A stretch of DNA of 64,000 bases, from positions 355,739 to 419,738 of the forward strand of contig DASRDX010000009.1 in NCBI GenBank assembly GCA_035652395.1, in the 5' to 3' direction. This DNA is from Minisyncoccota bacterium (GTDB lineage: Bacteria > Patescibacteriota > Minisyncoccia > Phycocordibacterales > CAJBRS01). Made by a program: the position numbers and the translations under genes. Below the pieces are notes generated by a model that worked only from the letters and a program-made list of their open reading frames with translations, was not told the DNA's origin and ran no database searches. Below are positions 34,447-46,400 of the stretch, in pieces. Positions within the stretch are counted from its first letter, which is position 1. The number at the start of each line of letters is the position of its first letter.

Positions 34447-37400
34447 TTATGAAGTGGAGCTCCCTGAATCCGTTGGAGGCGCTGGTTCTGATGGAAGCGG
34501 CTCTGGAGCGGGATCAGTGCTTGTTCCGGAGATAGTTGAATTAGGAGAAGTTGAGGCGATGGAATCAGTAGAAGTAGAGCTTATGGTTGACCCATTAGAG
34601 CTTCCAGAAGTGTTGTCTGGCACTACTACGGTATTGTTGTTGGAATCAACAGTAATGACGGTGCCGCTTCCTTGAGTGGTTGAAGTAGCCGTAACGTCCT
34701 GACATTCCCCCGCTACGTTTACCATCGCACCATTTCGAATAACGACGCAATATGGATCACCGGTTACCTGATCGTAAAGAGTGATGCCGTTTGGATGAGA
34801 AGGCGCACCCACTGTAAGCTGCTTGGTAAACAGATGCGAGACATAAGCAATACCGTTTAGCATTTCAGCACCAAAGGATTGGAGCGCCGAAAGAAGATCG
34901 GCTCCGAGACCTGGGCCGCCGCCTCCGGCGGCGGCCCCTCCCCCAATATTCAGACTCTCCAAACTCTTCACTCGCAAGTCGAGCGAAGCGAATGCCGCCG
35001 TAGTCGACGCATTCTTATCATCCACTTTCTGATTTAGTCCTTTTATGGCTTCTACTAAGTATGGCCCTACCTGGGCATAGAGAAGGGATTTATAGCCATT
35101 GGCATCGGTTCGTACCAACTCCGGAATGGTCTTCTCCACATCCTGAGCGATAAAGCCAACTTGCGTAGTGGTCGTATCTCCTTGTCTCCAGTTATAGGTC
35201 ACTCCCTGCAAAGCTAGAACTTTATTCAGAGAATCTGATAGCGGATTAATATTCTGCTTCAATCGCTCATCTGAAGAACATGACCATCCTGTTCCTGCCA
35301 CTACCGTACACTGAGCAGTGCCGGCGCTACCATAAAATCGCGCCACATCTGTTCCTGCAGCAGAAACAGTTAAAGGATACGTTGGAGTGCTCGTCCCAAT
35401 GCCGACGTTACCAGCACCATTGTACACAATAGCGGGAGTAGCAAGTCCATACATACCAAACGATGTATAGTTTGATGTTGAATTTGTTCCTACATAATTA
35501 AAATCAATTGACGCAAGATTATAGTTTGAGGCATCTCTTCCTAATACATAACCGACCGTATTTGAACCTCCTGCTGTAGTCAGTCCGGAATAAAGCATCT
35601 TGGTAATCCAACCATTTGTTGGTCTAGAAGTTGGCTCAACCGATAACGGTGATCCGGGGTTTGTAGTACCGATGCCTACGTTCCCTGTCGCGGTATTCAC
35701 AAACAAGGCCGGCGTCGTTCCAGTGGCTACATTTAAGTTGCCCCAGACATCCAGTTTTTGAGAAGGAGAGGAGGTTCCAATCCCGACGTTGCCTGAAGCG
35801 AGAATGGTCATTCGTGTTAAGGCTCCGGTAGCAAAACTTATACTATTTGTTGGGGAATTACCACTAGTATTGTCCGAAGTAAAAGCTAAACCGACATTAG
35901 AATAAAATTGGGCGGTATTTGGAAAAGAAAATGCCCAATTACTATTAACTAGACCGAAACCTCCGTTCGTCCCATCGGCGCGGACAACTTGTACTCCTGA
36001 AAAGGCACTGGATCCAGTATTAGCATTTCGAATAGTAAGACCGTTTACAAAATTATTATCTGAATACGCAACACTTAGAGGTGTAGAGGGGGTTGTTGTT
36101 CCAATCCCGACATTGCCATTTCCATCAATTCTCATCGCTTCAGTATTGCCTACACCCGTTCGGGAAGTTGAAAAAATGAGTTGGCCAGTTCCCCAATTGC
36201 CATTTCTTGTTCCAGCTTGAGCCGCAATAGAAGCGATTCCTACAGCGTTTCCGGGGAGGTCGCGAGAAGCAAAAACTATTTGGTTAAAATTGTTTGCTGT
36301 CTCATCAAAATTATATAGAGTTAGTGCTGGTATGTTGTTGGCCAGAGTAGTGTTGCTATCTGATTGAAATATTCCTGTCACCGGGGCCCCTATATTACTT
36401 CCGTACCAGTAACCATTTGGTACTGACCCACCAATATTTAAGAAGTTCTGAGGACTATTTGTACCTATTCCCACATTCCCCGTCGCCGTATTCACAAATA
36501 GGGCCGGTGTGGTTCCCGTCGCTACATTCAAGTTCCCCCAGACGTCGAGTTTGGAACCAGGCGTCGTTGTTCCAATTCCCACATTCCCTGAAGATTTTAT
36601 AATCAATGCTTGAGTGCCATTCTGTCCTCCATTATTTGGAATAAATCCAATATCACTAATAGATCCTAATTCCATAATGGAGTTAGCTCGTCCAATGAAA
36701 GAGCCGCCTTCATTATTGAAGTTAGCTATTGTATTAAAATTGGCACCCCCATTTACATCAAGTTTATACTGAGGATTCGTCGTTCCAATCCCGACGTTGC
36801 CACTCGGCAAAATAGTGACTTGTTGATTGAATGTATTATTAGAAGATGCGCCAAGTGTTAGAGGATAATTCTGCATTGAGCCCAATTCAATACGCCCAGC
36901 GCCTGCATTCATGTGCAGCAAGCCGTACTTGGTTGTACCTTGTAAAAGCTCAAGAAAAACATTTTGGCCAGTAGGAGCTCCAAAACTCATTCCGCCGTAC
37001 GAACTTGTTGATTGAACATATAAAAGTGGATTTGAGCCATTGGAAATGGCACCTCCTCCAACACCTGCTACATGGAGATTTGCAGTTGGACTACTCGTCC
37101 CAATCCCGACGTTGCCTGTAAATGTGCTCGTGCCTGTAACTGCAATCGTACCTCCTATAGTGGCATTGCGAAGTAAGTAAAGATCTCGCCATCCCTGACT
37201 TCCTGCAGCGCCGAGGTCTTGACCTCCAGACGGAGTTAATATATTGGCACTAAATAAAATGTTTCCACTATCTGAAGAAATTATTCTTGTAGCACCGTTA
37301 ATTTGAATCATACCGCTCAGTCCACCATTGCCGCTCCGAATGGCTCCACCATTTAATGTTTCAATAGTTCCATCAACAAGTAAATTATTTGTTCCAGGAT

Positions 37401-40254
37401 CACTGACCCCTCCAATATGAACTCCTCCTGCAACAGCGAGTTTAGCTAAAGGCGTGCTTGTCCCAATGCCGACATTGCCCGATGAATCAATTCTCATTCT
37501 TTCCGATCCGTTTGTAAGCAGCCTAATTGGTCCAGACGTTGCATTATTAATCTCTAAGAAATTACCAGCTTGTTGATTGAAGGATATAGATGCTAATCGG
37601 CCAGTTGATGTTAGAAGATCAGCAAAGTTGACCGTATAAGTAGGGTCGGTCGTATAGTAAGTTGTGCCTTGATTAGAACCATTAATCATAATTTGTACAC
37701 CTCCGTTATCGAAGGCGGGGTTGCCGAACCCGTCTGGCCAGTTTAATCGGGTTGTGCCTGTTACTGTAAGTTTTTTTGAAGTGTTTGTTGTTCCAATCCC
37801 GACATTTCCCGCTTGAGTAATGTGAAATAATGACGTACCCGTCGAGGAGGCAATCTCAACTGCGTCCTTCCCCGCCACTGCTTGGAGAGTCAGTGTTGAG
37901 GATTGAGAAGTAGTGCCAAGAGAGAGATTGCGGACAATTAAGTCGCGGAAAGTGCCGGCAGAGCCGTTGTTGATTTCAAAAATCCCGGCAGCATTTCTGG
38001 TTAAACCGATATCAGGTGTTGAGCCAGTACCAAAAACTATTCCCGCCGTAGTCCAGCGAGATGGGGTGTTGTTAAAATTATTGCTACCAAGACCTAAACC
38101 TGCGGAGACTAGAGTTGAGTTGTTACCGGCATCCTTTAAGAGAAGGACGTCATTCCCTCCTATCCCGATATCTAATTCGTGAGTGCCCTGATTCTTGAAA
38201 TAATGTCCTCCATTTATTGGAAAGAGGGTCACCACTCCACTCCCGCTTGGAGCTAAAGTGATATTCTGATTCGTTCCTCCAGCATACATGGTCAAGCCGC
38301 CTGCTCCTCCTGTAATCTGCCCATTGCTCGCCACTATTGATCCGGCAAAAGTGGAAGTGGCGGAAGCATTCGTCGCCACAAAGTTCCCGGCTGTCTCGGT
38401 GCCCGTGGTAGTAGCATTTCCGGAGTTTATGAAGTTAGAAGCGGTGACGTTCCCGGTAAAATATCCGTTACCCACGACTGTTACCTTTTCAAAAGGAGTG
38501 GTGGTGGCAATGCCGAGGTTGCCCGCAACTGAACTATTCCCAGCCCCACTTACAGTTAAAGTGCCGGGCTGAGTAGAGTTGCCACTGTCGTCAATTGCCC
38601 ATTTAATAGCATTTCCTGTTCCCTGAATTTGGAAACCGCCTTGGTTACCAGAACCTGTTCCGCCATAACGGATTCTTGCAATATTGCTTAACCAAGAAAG
38701 ACCTACACTTGCTGATTGATTAGTAGGATTTAAAACTTCAACATCACCGCCAGAGGCTCCAGAGCTTTGGATAATACCATTGTATACATCTAATTTAGAT
38801 CCCGGACTAGTCGTACCGATCCCTACATTGCCATTCGCATCGATTCTCATTCGTTCAGAGCCACTGGAGCCGGTGCCAAAACGCAAAGAATTAGATCTCC
38901 CTTCGATCCGGGCGTTCTCGTTGTTCGTGCTGTAGAAAGTTAGATATTCTCCTGTATTGCCGGCATTGGTGCCCGCATTTTGGAGTCGAAAAATTTCCAC
39001 AGTTGCATTGTCTAAATCATTCTCAACATAGAGCTTAGCGGTTGGATTTGTTGTTCCAATCCCGACATTGCCGGCAAAGGTAGAGTTGGCCGCGCCGTCT
39101 GTAGCCACAAAGTAGGCGGCCACATTAGCACCGGTAGAAGTAGAATTAGTAAAAGTTAAATTAGTAAAGTTGGCATTATTGGCAAAGAAGTTGGAGGAAG
39201 TGGCACTGGTGAAGTTTCCGGACGTACTTGTAATTCTAGTACTAAATAAGTTTGTCCCGGTCGCATTGCCAAAAATAAAATTTGAGACATTGCCGTTGGT
39301 ACCATTTAGATTGGTGGAGAAGAGATTGGTAGAGGTAGCACTAGTGAAGAGATTGTTGGTGCTTGATAGATTGGCTAGGGAGAGATTAGTGCCAGTCGCA
39401 TTGGTGAAGATGAGATTGGTAATGTTAGAACTTGAAGCGTTTAGATTGTTGACGTTCTGAGTGTTGGTGAAGGTGGTGGTGCCAGAGACATTGAAGTTGC
39501 CGTTGACGGTGAGATCGTGATTGACGGTGAGATTTCCCCCAGTGTATAGATTTCCGGCAATGGTTGAAGTAGAAAAGCCGTTAAAGAAATTATTAATTTG
39601 GTTTTGGATATTAGTAATGTCGGAGTTTGAGGGACCGGTCCAAGAGCCGATTGGAGCAGAACCTCCAGAATATGTGATGTAGTTGTTGGTGATCGGTGCC
39701 GGCTGATTTGGCGCCGATCCACTTTGCGCGCCAAAAATTAGAGTGCGCAACTCTTGATCTAGATTTGAAAGCTTTTGGTTAAGTTCTTTTTCCGTGACAC
39801 CAGATTGGATGATGGTAGTTTTTTGCGGATCGACAATAGTGACTGGTTGATTTTTAGAATATGTAGTTACATTTGAGATCGTAGATGGTTGATAATTATT
39901 CTGATTTCCTGTATTTGGCTGAATGACAATCGAGGAGGTAGTGGTTGAGATGGGTGCGGGCTTTTTAAAGAGATCAAAGAAATGTTTCAGGAAATCACTG
40001 ATGGAAGAAAGCACGGAAGCTTCCATGTTAATCCCTTGTTGCCCTAAACCACTGTAGCTATTTGCCACTTGGGTCGGCAAGGTTCCGTAAAGGTGTGCCG
40101 CATCTTTAATGGAATTAATGATGGCAGAGTTCGAATTAAAAAAAGAGGTACTTCCAACAGAAGAGGCCGCCTCTACTTTAGAGACGTTTAGGAATAGGAC
40201 GCTTATTAAGAATAAAGAGCCTAAAACTTTATTAAAAACTGGGTTATGATTCAT
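34447..40254 (-). CDS. Giant secreted surface protein 1 (1935 aa). It has a signal peptide, an N-rich 11-mer tandem-repeat region, many tail-fibre-like GNVGIGTTxP repeats, and a C-terminal peptidase S74-like intramolecular chaperone domain. A conserved Cys-containing module and an S/T-rich tail follow.
   Basis: Signal peptide LGSLFLISVLFLNVSKVEA. Repeats of the type PGSKLDVWGNLNVATGTTPALFVNTATGNVGIGT. S74-like block CSSDERLKQNINPLSDSLNKVLALQGVTYNWRQGD...VGFIAQDVEKTIPELV...LLYAQVGPYLVEAIKGLNQK at about 35030..35280. Confidence 0.8.
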   Translation of the reverse strand: MNHNPVFNKVLGSLFLISVLFLNVSKVEAASSVGSTSFFNSNSAIINSIKDAAHLYGTLPTQVANSYSGLGQQGINMEASVLSSISDFLKHFFDLFKKPAPISTTTSSIVIQPNTGNQNNYQPSTISNVTTYSKNQPVTIVDPQKTTIIQSGVTEKELNQKLSNLDQELRTLIFGAQSGSAPNQPAPITNNYITYSGGSAPIGSWTGPSNSDITNIQNQINNFFNGFSTSTIAGNLYTGGNLTVNHDLTVNGNFNVSGTTTFTNTQNVNNLNASSSNITNLIFTNATGTNLSLANLSSTNNLFTSATSTNLFSTNLNGTNGNVSNFIFGNATGTNLFSTRITSTSGNFTSATSSNFFANNANFTNLTFTNSTSTGANVAAYFVATDGAANSTFAGNVGIGTTNPTAKLYVENDLDNATVEIFRLQNAGTNAGNTGEYLTFYSTNNENARIEGRSNSLRFGTGSSGSERMRIDANGNVGIGTTSPGSKLDVYNGIIQSSGASGGDVEVLNPTNQSASVGLSWLSNIARIRYGGTGSGNQGGFQIQGTGNAIKWAIDDSGNSTQPGTLTVSGAGNSSVAGNLGIATTTPFEKVTVVGNGYFTGNVTASNFINSGNATTTGTETAGNFVATNASATSTFAGSIVASNGQITGGAGGLTMYAGGTNQNITLAPSGSGVVTLFPINGGHYFKNQGTHELDIGIGGNDVLLLKDAGNNSTLVSAGLGLGSNNFNNTPSRWTTAGIVFGTGSTPDIGLTRNAAGIFEINNGSAGTFRDLIVRNLSLGTTSQSSTLTLQAVAGKDAVEIASSTGTSLFHITQAGNVGIGTTNTSKKLTVTGTTRLNWPDGFGNPAFDNGGVQIMINGSNQGTTYYTTDPTYTVNFADLLTSTGRLASISFNQQAGNFLEINNATSGPIRLLTNGSERMRIDSSGNVGIGTSTPLAKLAVAGGVHIGGVSDPGTNNLLVDGTIETLNGGAIRSGNGGLSGMIQINGATRIISSDSGNILFSANILTPSGGQDLGAAGSQGWRDLYLLRNATIGGTIAVTGTSTFTGNVGIGTSSPTANLHVAGVGGGAISNGSNPLLYVQSTSSYGGMSFGAPTGQNVFLELLQGTTKYGLLHMNAGAGRIELGSMQNYPLTLGASSNNTFNQQVTILPSGNVGIGTTNPQYKLDVNGGANFNTIANFNNEGGSFIGRANSIMELGSISDIGFIPNNGGQNGTQALIIKSSGNVGIGTTTPGSKLDVWGNLNVATGTTPALFVNTATGNVGIGTNSPQNFLNIGGSVPNGYWYGSNIGAPVTGIFQSDSNTTLANNIPALTLYNFDETANNFNQIVFASRDLPGNAVGIASIAAQAGTRNGNWGTGQLIFSTSRTGVGNTEAMRIDGNGNVGIGTTTPSTPLSVAYSDNNFVNGLTIRNANTGSSAFSGVQVVRADGTNGGFGLVNSNWAFSFPNTAQFYSNVGLAFTSDNTSGNSPTNSISFATGALTRMTILASGNVGIGTSSPSQKLDVWGNLNVATGTTPALFVNTATGNVGIGTTNPGSPLSVEPTSRPTNGWITKMLYSGLTTAGGSNTVGYVLGRDASNYNLASIDFNYVGTNSTSNYTSFGMYGLATPAIVYNGAGNVGIGTSTPTYPLTVSAAGTDVARFYGSAGTAQCTVVAGTGWSCSSDERLKQNINPLSDSLNKVLALQGVTYNWRQGDTTTTQVGFIAQDVEKTIPELVRTDANGYKSLLYAQVGPYLVEAIKGLNQKVDDKNASTTAAFASLDLRVKSLESLNIGGGAAAGGGGPGLGADLLSALQSFGAEMLNGIAYVSHLFTKQLTVGAPSHPNGITLYDQVTGDPYCVVIRNGAMVNVAGECQDVTATSTTQGSGTVITVDSNNNTVVVPDNTSGSSNGSTISSTSTDSIASTSPNSTISGTSTDPAPEPLPSEPAPPTDSGSSTS
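39130..39480 (-). repeat. Intragenic tandem repeats of about 33 bp (11-aa) in giant protein 1 (pattern xTNATGTNLFS).
   Basis: Visible DNA periodicity (gagattggt... variants) encoding NLIFTNATGTNLSLANLSSTNNLFTSATSTNLFSTNLNGTN... Confidence 0.5.
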
Positions 40255-40279
40255 TAACTGAATCCCTCTTGGGTACTAG

Positions 40280-40308
40280 TGTACTTAGAATTATATATGA
40301 GCGCAAGA
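40280..40308 (-). promoter_or_regulatory. Putative sigma70-type promoter of giant gene 1.
   Basis: On the minus strand: TTTCAA, 17-nt spacer, TATAAT. This lies about 25 nt upstream of the AGAGGGA Shine-Dalgarno sequence and the ATG at 40254. Confidence 0.4.
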
Positions 40309-40373
40309 GGCTTTGAAAGAGAAAAAGTAGTCAAAACAACGGCTTAATTGAGCCAGCTTTTTGAGTTGACCGG

Positions 40374-40419
40374 CCCAGCCGCTTAAAGGCGCTGAAATGA
40401 CCGCCTTTAAGCGGCTGGG
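40374..40419 (-). terminator. Long perfect hairpin (17-bp stem) downstream of giant gene 2.
   Basis: cccagccgcttaaaggcg-ctgaaatgac-cgcctttaagcggctggg. It is nested in a longer imperfect palindrome (about 40347..40448). Confidence 0.5.
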
Positions 40420-40499
40420 TCAGTTAATAATTAGCCAAAAAAGCTCAATATTACCCGAGCGTATGTTATTAAATGCAAAATAATCTCCATAATCTTTAA

Positions 40500-43400
40500 T
40501 TAAGGATTGCTAATTGAAATATCCGTAGAAACGGGAAGACTACCTCCCGATCCCTCCCCTCCTGAATTATCGACACTCGCACCAATACCGGTATCCACTG
40601 CCGGCGGTAATGGAACAGGATTAGGTAAAATTTCTGTGGAGTTCACGGGAGAGCTCTCGTCTCCATTGGAAACAGTAGAAGTGGCAACTGGAGTAGAACT
40701 GCCGGAAGTATTGTTGGTATTATCCGGTACTACTACAGTGTTGTTATTTGAATCAATTGTAATAATGTTTCCGCTACCTGCTCCGACATTCGCTACCTGA
40801 TCGGTTGAGGTGCTGGTTGAATCCGGACATTCACCCGGGTCACTCTTCATTTCACCATTCATAAAGTAAACACAGATTGGTGAGCCGGTTCCTCGATCGT
40901 AAATGGTGAAACCGGTTTTAGAAACATCTTTACCTTTGATTGTTAAATTCTGTGTGGTGAGATGTTGAGCGAATACATTCTTCAAATATGAAATACCGTC
41001 CACAATTTCAGAACCAAATGACTGCAAGGTAGAAAGAATTTCTGAACCGAGTCCACTTGAAACTGTTACTCCCCCGCTTGTCTGCAAATCTTCCAAACTC
41101 TTTACCCGTATATCGATGGCAGAAAGTGCAGCGGTAGTGGAAGCATTGAAAGCATCTTGAGCGTCAAGGCGTGCAGTTGTGGAAGCGGTACTTGAAGAGA
41201 AACTGGCATAGAGAGATTTTACTGAAGCCATCAACAAACCGTTTACTGAAACTTGATCAATAACATTTCCCCACATGAATTGCGGATCCACTTCATCAGC
41301 GATGTATCCAATACGTTTCTTAGCCAACGGGCTATTCGAACCATAGCCTTCGACTTCGTTCTTGTATCGGAAGTAGTGGAGGGGAGAATCCAAAATCATT
41401 TTCAAAGCGCCATTGTAGTCGGAGTAATCAGTAATATCTTGCTTAGTATCTCGAGTGGAGGTTTGGGCGCCAATTACTACACCGGAGGCGTCGTTGGCAT
41501 TGGTTGGTGAAGAAGTGGAAACACGAACGTTTCCGGAACTGTCAGACCAGATGAATTTATCAATTCCTGTTCGGGATATTAAGTTAATTGAACCGGCACC
41601 GTTTGAAGCATTGGTATTGCGGCCTATTGTTAGGGTTCGGCCAGCCGCTCCTGCTCCAAGGTCAGCGTCTTCGAGATCAACAAAGGTTCGGGGAATAGTG
41701 CTTGTACCACCAATTCCAATATTTCCATTTGCAGCAATGTAAAGTTGTTGAGCGCCGGAAGAGGAAGCAACCAGAAGTGACATGTTGGCTCCTCCAACAC
41801 CTGTTACCCCAAGAGTGGCGAACGGAGTACTCGAGCCAACACCAAAGAAACCATTTGGTCGCAGAGTTAAGAGTTGAGCATTCGTGGAAGAAGCCACCAT
41901 AAATGGGTTGGTGGCGCCAGCAATACCAGTAACGGCTAAGGTGGCAAATGGAGTGGAGGAGCCGACACCGACATTACCGTTAAATGAAATGTGCAGTGCA
42001 GAGGTACCGGTTGATGAGGCAATGTCTAACAGGTCGTTAGCACCGGCCAATCCTTGAATGGAAAGTCGCGATGTACCGGTAGAAGTGCCGACGTTAATTA
42101 TTCCATTCAAAGTGTCCGCCACGAACAAGTTAGTGTTTCCAGTGGATCCTTGAATCTGCAGGGCTGTTACGGAATTAGTAGTTGATTGGAAAGAAACCGG
42201 AGCATTAACTACGCCACGAAGTTGAGTTGAACCAATCTGATATGAGGTGGCGATGGCGCCAGTCTGAAGTTGAACGGCATCAAGATAAAAGGTACGACCG
42301 TTAGCATCGGTCTGTTCAATGAAAATGTATGGGCTGCCTGAAATAGTTCCTGAAGTAAAAGTACAATAGAATCTTTTCCATCCACCAGTAACTACAGTAG
42401 TGTCATTTAAGGTACAGGTTTGTTCATTTACACCGTCGCTTGCGATGCCGGCTCGGATAGTAAAGTTGGCACCGGAAGCTTGAGAATAAAAAGATAAAGT
42501 GTATTGAGTAGCCGAGCTTAAAGCACTAGTAAATAAGGTGGTTTTGGCGCCGGAGGAAGCCGTGGCCGAATCCCCTACTGCCAGAGAGCTAACACCGTGA
42601 TACTTGTTGGTGGTCACACGGGTAGTAGAACCGGTGCCAGCAGTAATGGCCCAACCGGCGGCATTTACTTCAAAACCTGGGTTAGTCAGCAGGTTGTTTG
42701 AAGTAGTATCTACTACAAAGATTGGTGCACCTTGACTGTTTTGAACCTGAAAGGCGGTGGATGAGTTAGTTGGAGTCATGACTACCGCTGTCCCAGCCAC
42801 CGTTAAAGTCTGTCCTGGCGTAGAAGTGCTAATACCGAAATTACCATTTTGAAGCAAAGTTAAAAGTTGGGTGTTAGTAGAAGAGGCAATAATAAATGGA
42901 TTAATGCCTCCGTAACCTTTAACAGCCAAAGTGGCAATTGGAGTAGAGCTTCCGATGCCAACACTACCGGCTGAAGTAATACGCATTTTTTCTCCCAGAC
43001 CGCCGGTAGTGTTGTTCTTAAAACTTAAGTAGCTATTAGTTACACCGTTTGTGGCATCTTCTTTGCGAGCTTCAATGGTGCCAAAGACTCGAAGAGCAGT
43101 AGCGGGGCTGTCATTGTAGCCACCTAAAGTAATGGAAGCTCCGACATCTGCCGCTTGGGCGTTGGTGGTATAGACATTCAAATTACCGAATACGCTACCG
43201 GCAGTAGTAACGTTGGCTGAAGCAATATCTACCGTACTATTTGGACTAGCGGTGCCAATTCCAATTTTGCCGGTGGCAGTGTTTGCCGAGAAAAGCGGGG
43301 TGGAAGAAGTGGCGATATTCAGGTTGCCCCAAATATCCACTAATTGAGAAGGAGAGGAGGTACCGATACCAATCTTCCCTACCGCCGTGTTTGCAATGAA

Positions 43401-46400
43401 TAGTGAAGTAGATGAAGTGGCGACGTTGAAATTTCCCCAGACATCCAATCGCTGTGAAGGAGAAGATGTGCCAACCCCTAAGTTACCGTTTGTATCCAAT
43501 CGCATTCTTTCTTGATTGAAAGTTTTGAAAGCTAAAGAGTTGTTGTCAATCGTTCCAAGGGTAGCGAGAGCTCCGAACGAGTTCCCGTTTTGTTGAAAGT
43601 CGTTAGCCAACAGAGTCGAAGTAGAAACCCAAGTTGGCGCCACCCCTGCCCCCGCTGACTGAAGGACTTGCCCAGTAGTGCCGGCATTACCATTTGGCGT
43701 AAGAGCACCGGTGAAATTTATGTCGCCTCCGACCGAAAGTTTAGAAGATGGAGTGGTAGTGCCGACTCCAACGTTTCCGTTAGTCAAGATGCGAAATAAC
43801 TGAGTACCTGTTGATGAAGCCACTACAAACGGATCGGAGGCACCTACGCCAGTGACTGAGAGAGTGGCAAAAGGTGTAGTTGAGCCAACTCCTAATCTTC
43901 CAGCACTGGTAAGTCTCATTCCTTCGCTCAGGTTTCCTCCAGATGCTCTGGTTGAGAAACTAAGATCGGTACTAATAGGTGAACTAAGGTACGTGGCTCC
44001 CATATCAATCAAACCATCTTGAATTCTAGTTATGAGAGCGTTTTGTGAACCCGTCACGTTGTTGAAAATAGTTGTAGTTCCAAAAGTGCCGCCATTGTTT
44101 ATGCCATTTGAAATAACCAATGGAGCAGTAGGGTTACTGCTTCCCACCCCGACCATTCCAGTCGCAGTGTTCACAAATAAAGCTGGGGTGGTACCCGTGG
44201 CTACGTTTAAATTTCCCCAAAGATCTAATTTCTGTGAAGGAGTGGTAGTGCCGATGCCAAAATTGCCAGTATTTAATAAGGTAACTGCAGGGTCGGTTGA
44301 TTGAGTTCTAAATTGTATTCCTGATTGTCCATAGATTCTAAACATTGCCGCTCCGTTGGCATTCAAATCGTTGAATCCGTTTGTGTAGAAATTATAATTA
44401 TTAGAACCAGTTCCTACTTGAAGTCCAAGACTTGTGGTCGGATCTCCGGCTACAACAAGCATGGGGGCATTATTTGAAAGGGTGGACGCATTTACTCCTA
44501 TACCGACGTGCCCATTCTGAGATATGGCAAATAGATGACTATCTGTGGAAGAGGCGACAATGAATGGATTAGTGCCAGATGTACCTTTGACACTAAGCGT
44601 GGCAATTGGACTCGATGTGCCAATACCAACGTTTGCAGTATTATTGTTGAAAATATTGTTTCCGCTTGTGGTCCAGACACTATTTAAAGTATTTCCGGTA
44701 AATGAAAGACCTGTGCCCGCGGTGATGGCAGCTTGTTTGCCATTAAAAGTACTCCAGTCTGCAGAAGTTAATAGTCCCCTATTTGAAGCCGAGGCGCTTG
44801 GCATATTAAACGTATGAGTGGATCCGGAAGATACGATTGAGAAATCCGTGCCGGTGGTGGTAGTGGCAAAAGTTTGGCTGGCTCCACTCAAACCATTCAA
44901 ACTAGTTATACCGGATCCCCCACTAATGCCCAGTGTAGAAGTAGCAACCCATCTAGTAGATGTGCCGGTAGTCTGAAGAACCATTCCGAGAGTGCCGGCT
45001 GTAGCGGAGCCATCGAACAAAGTTTTAGTTAAAGAAAGTGAACCGCTAATTCCTAAACTATCGGTAATAGTAGAAGTGCCGGCGCCGGAGATTGTGGTTA
45101 GACCAGTAAAGAGTCCACTTCCAGCTACAGAAAGATTGGTGGTAGGGGTGGAGGTGCCGATGCCAACTTTTCCTGTCGCCGTATTTACCAAAAAGGTAGG
45201 AGTTGAACTTGTTGCAACATTTAGGTTGCCCCAAATGTCTAGTCTTTGTGAAGGAGTGGTTGTGCCAATTCCTATGTTTCCCGTAGAAAGATTTCCGTAC
45301 AAAGCCCCTCCAATATTAAGAAAATTATTGGCACTAGCCAATATGGATGAAGCAAGATATCCAATTAGAATGTTATTACTACTATTGTCTAGACTGGCTC
45401 CAGCGTTATATCCTAATAAAACATTGTTGGATCCTGTGACCATACTAGCGCCGGTATTCATTCCCAAGAAAACATTGTTGGATCCTGTAACTAGACTTCC
45501 TCCTCCCATGTCTCCCATTGCAATGTTATTTGAAATTGGACCTGGGGTGGCACCCTGATTCCAAGCATATCCTCCTAAGATTTCCTGGCCTATACCAGAG
45601 TTTGAACTGCCACTGGTATTATTTGCTCCTGCATAGTTACCAATAAAATTATTTGATTGTCCTATTGTATTCTGGATTCCAGCACCAATTCCTAAGAAGG
45701 TATTATCAAATCCGGTTGTATTGTAATATCCGGCGCTATTTCCTAGAAAAATATTTTCATAACCGCTGGTGGTAGTGTTGCCTGCACCACTGCCTAAGAA
45801 AATATTGTCTCGACCCGTAGTGTTTTTTGACCCGGCAGTTAAACCAATAAATACATTATTGTTTCCAGTGGTGTTGTTTGCGCCCGCACTGCTCTCAGCA
45901 AAAAAGTTGTTTCCGCCGGTAACTGCAGCGGTCGTTGTTGGAGTTGCTCCAGCTAAATAAAAACTCTTCGTTCCTGTAGCCAGAAGAGCAGATATGCCAT
46001 TAAAATAAAGGGGTTGGGTGTAGTTACTTGTTCCAGCAACGGTCAAAGCATAGCCGGCAGTGGTGGTACCAATGCCAACATTTCCTGTAGCTGTGTTTAC
46101 AAACAAAGTTGGAGTCGTACCTGTGGCCACATTCAAGTTTCCCCAGACATCTAATTTCGATCCAGGCGTGGAGGTACCAATGCCAACATTGCCGTTATTC
46201 AAAACTGAAAGAAACGTGGAGGAATTATTTCCCGCCGAGAAAATATTTCCTGAACCGATTTGCGTGATAGCGAGGGCCGTTTGCGTTGAGGAAGCAAAAA
46301 GAACTCCGGCCTGATCATTGCGTAAGTATTGCGTTGAAGATGCGCCGCCGAGATTATAGGCTTCAATGGCGGCCGGCACAGCACCGATAATTTTTCGCGG

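Noticed and set aside
44992-45558. 188-aa plus-strand ORF, and many other ORFs of 60-140 aa antisense to the giant genes (for example 37913..38182, 38288..38572, 39170..39460, 44032..44304, 46060..46314)
   Set aside because: These are shadow ORFs created by the repetitive GC-rich codon structure of the giant genes on the opposite strand. They have Pro/Val/Ala-rich compositions typical of antisense frames and no start context.
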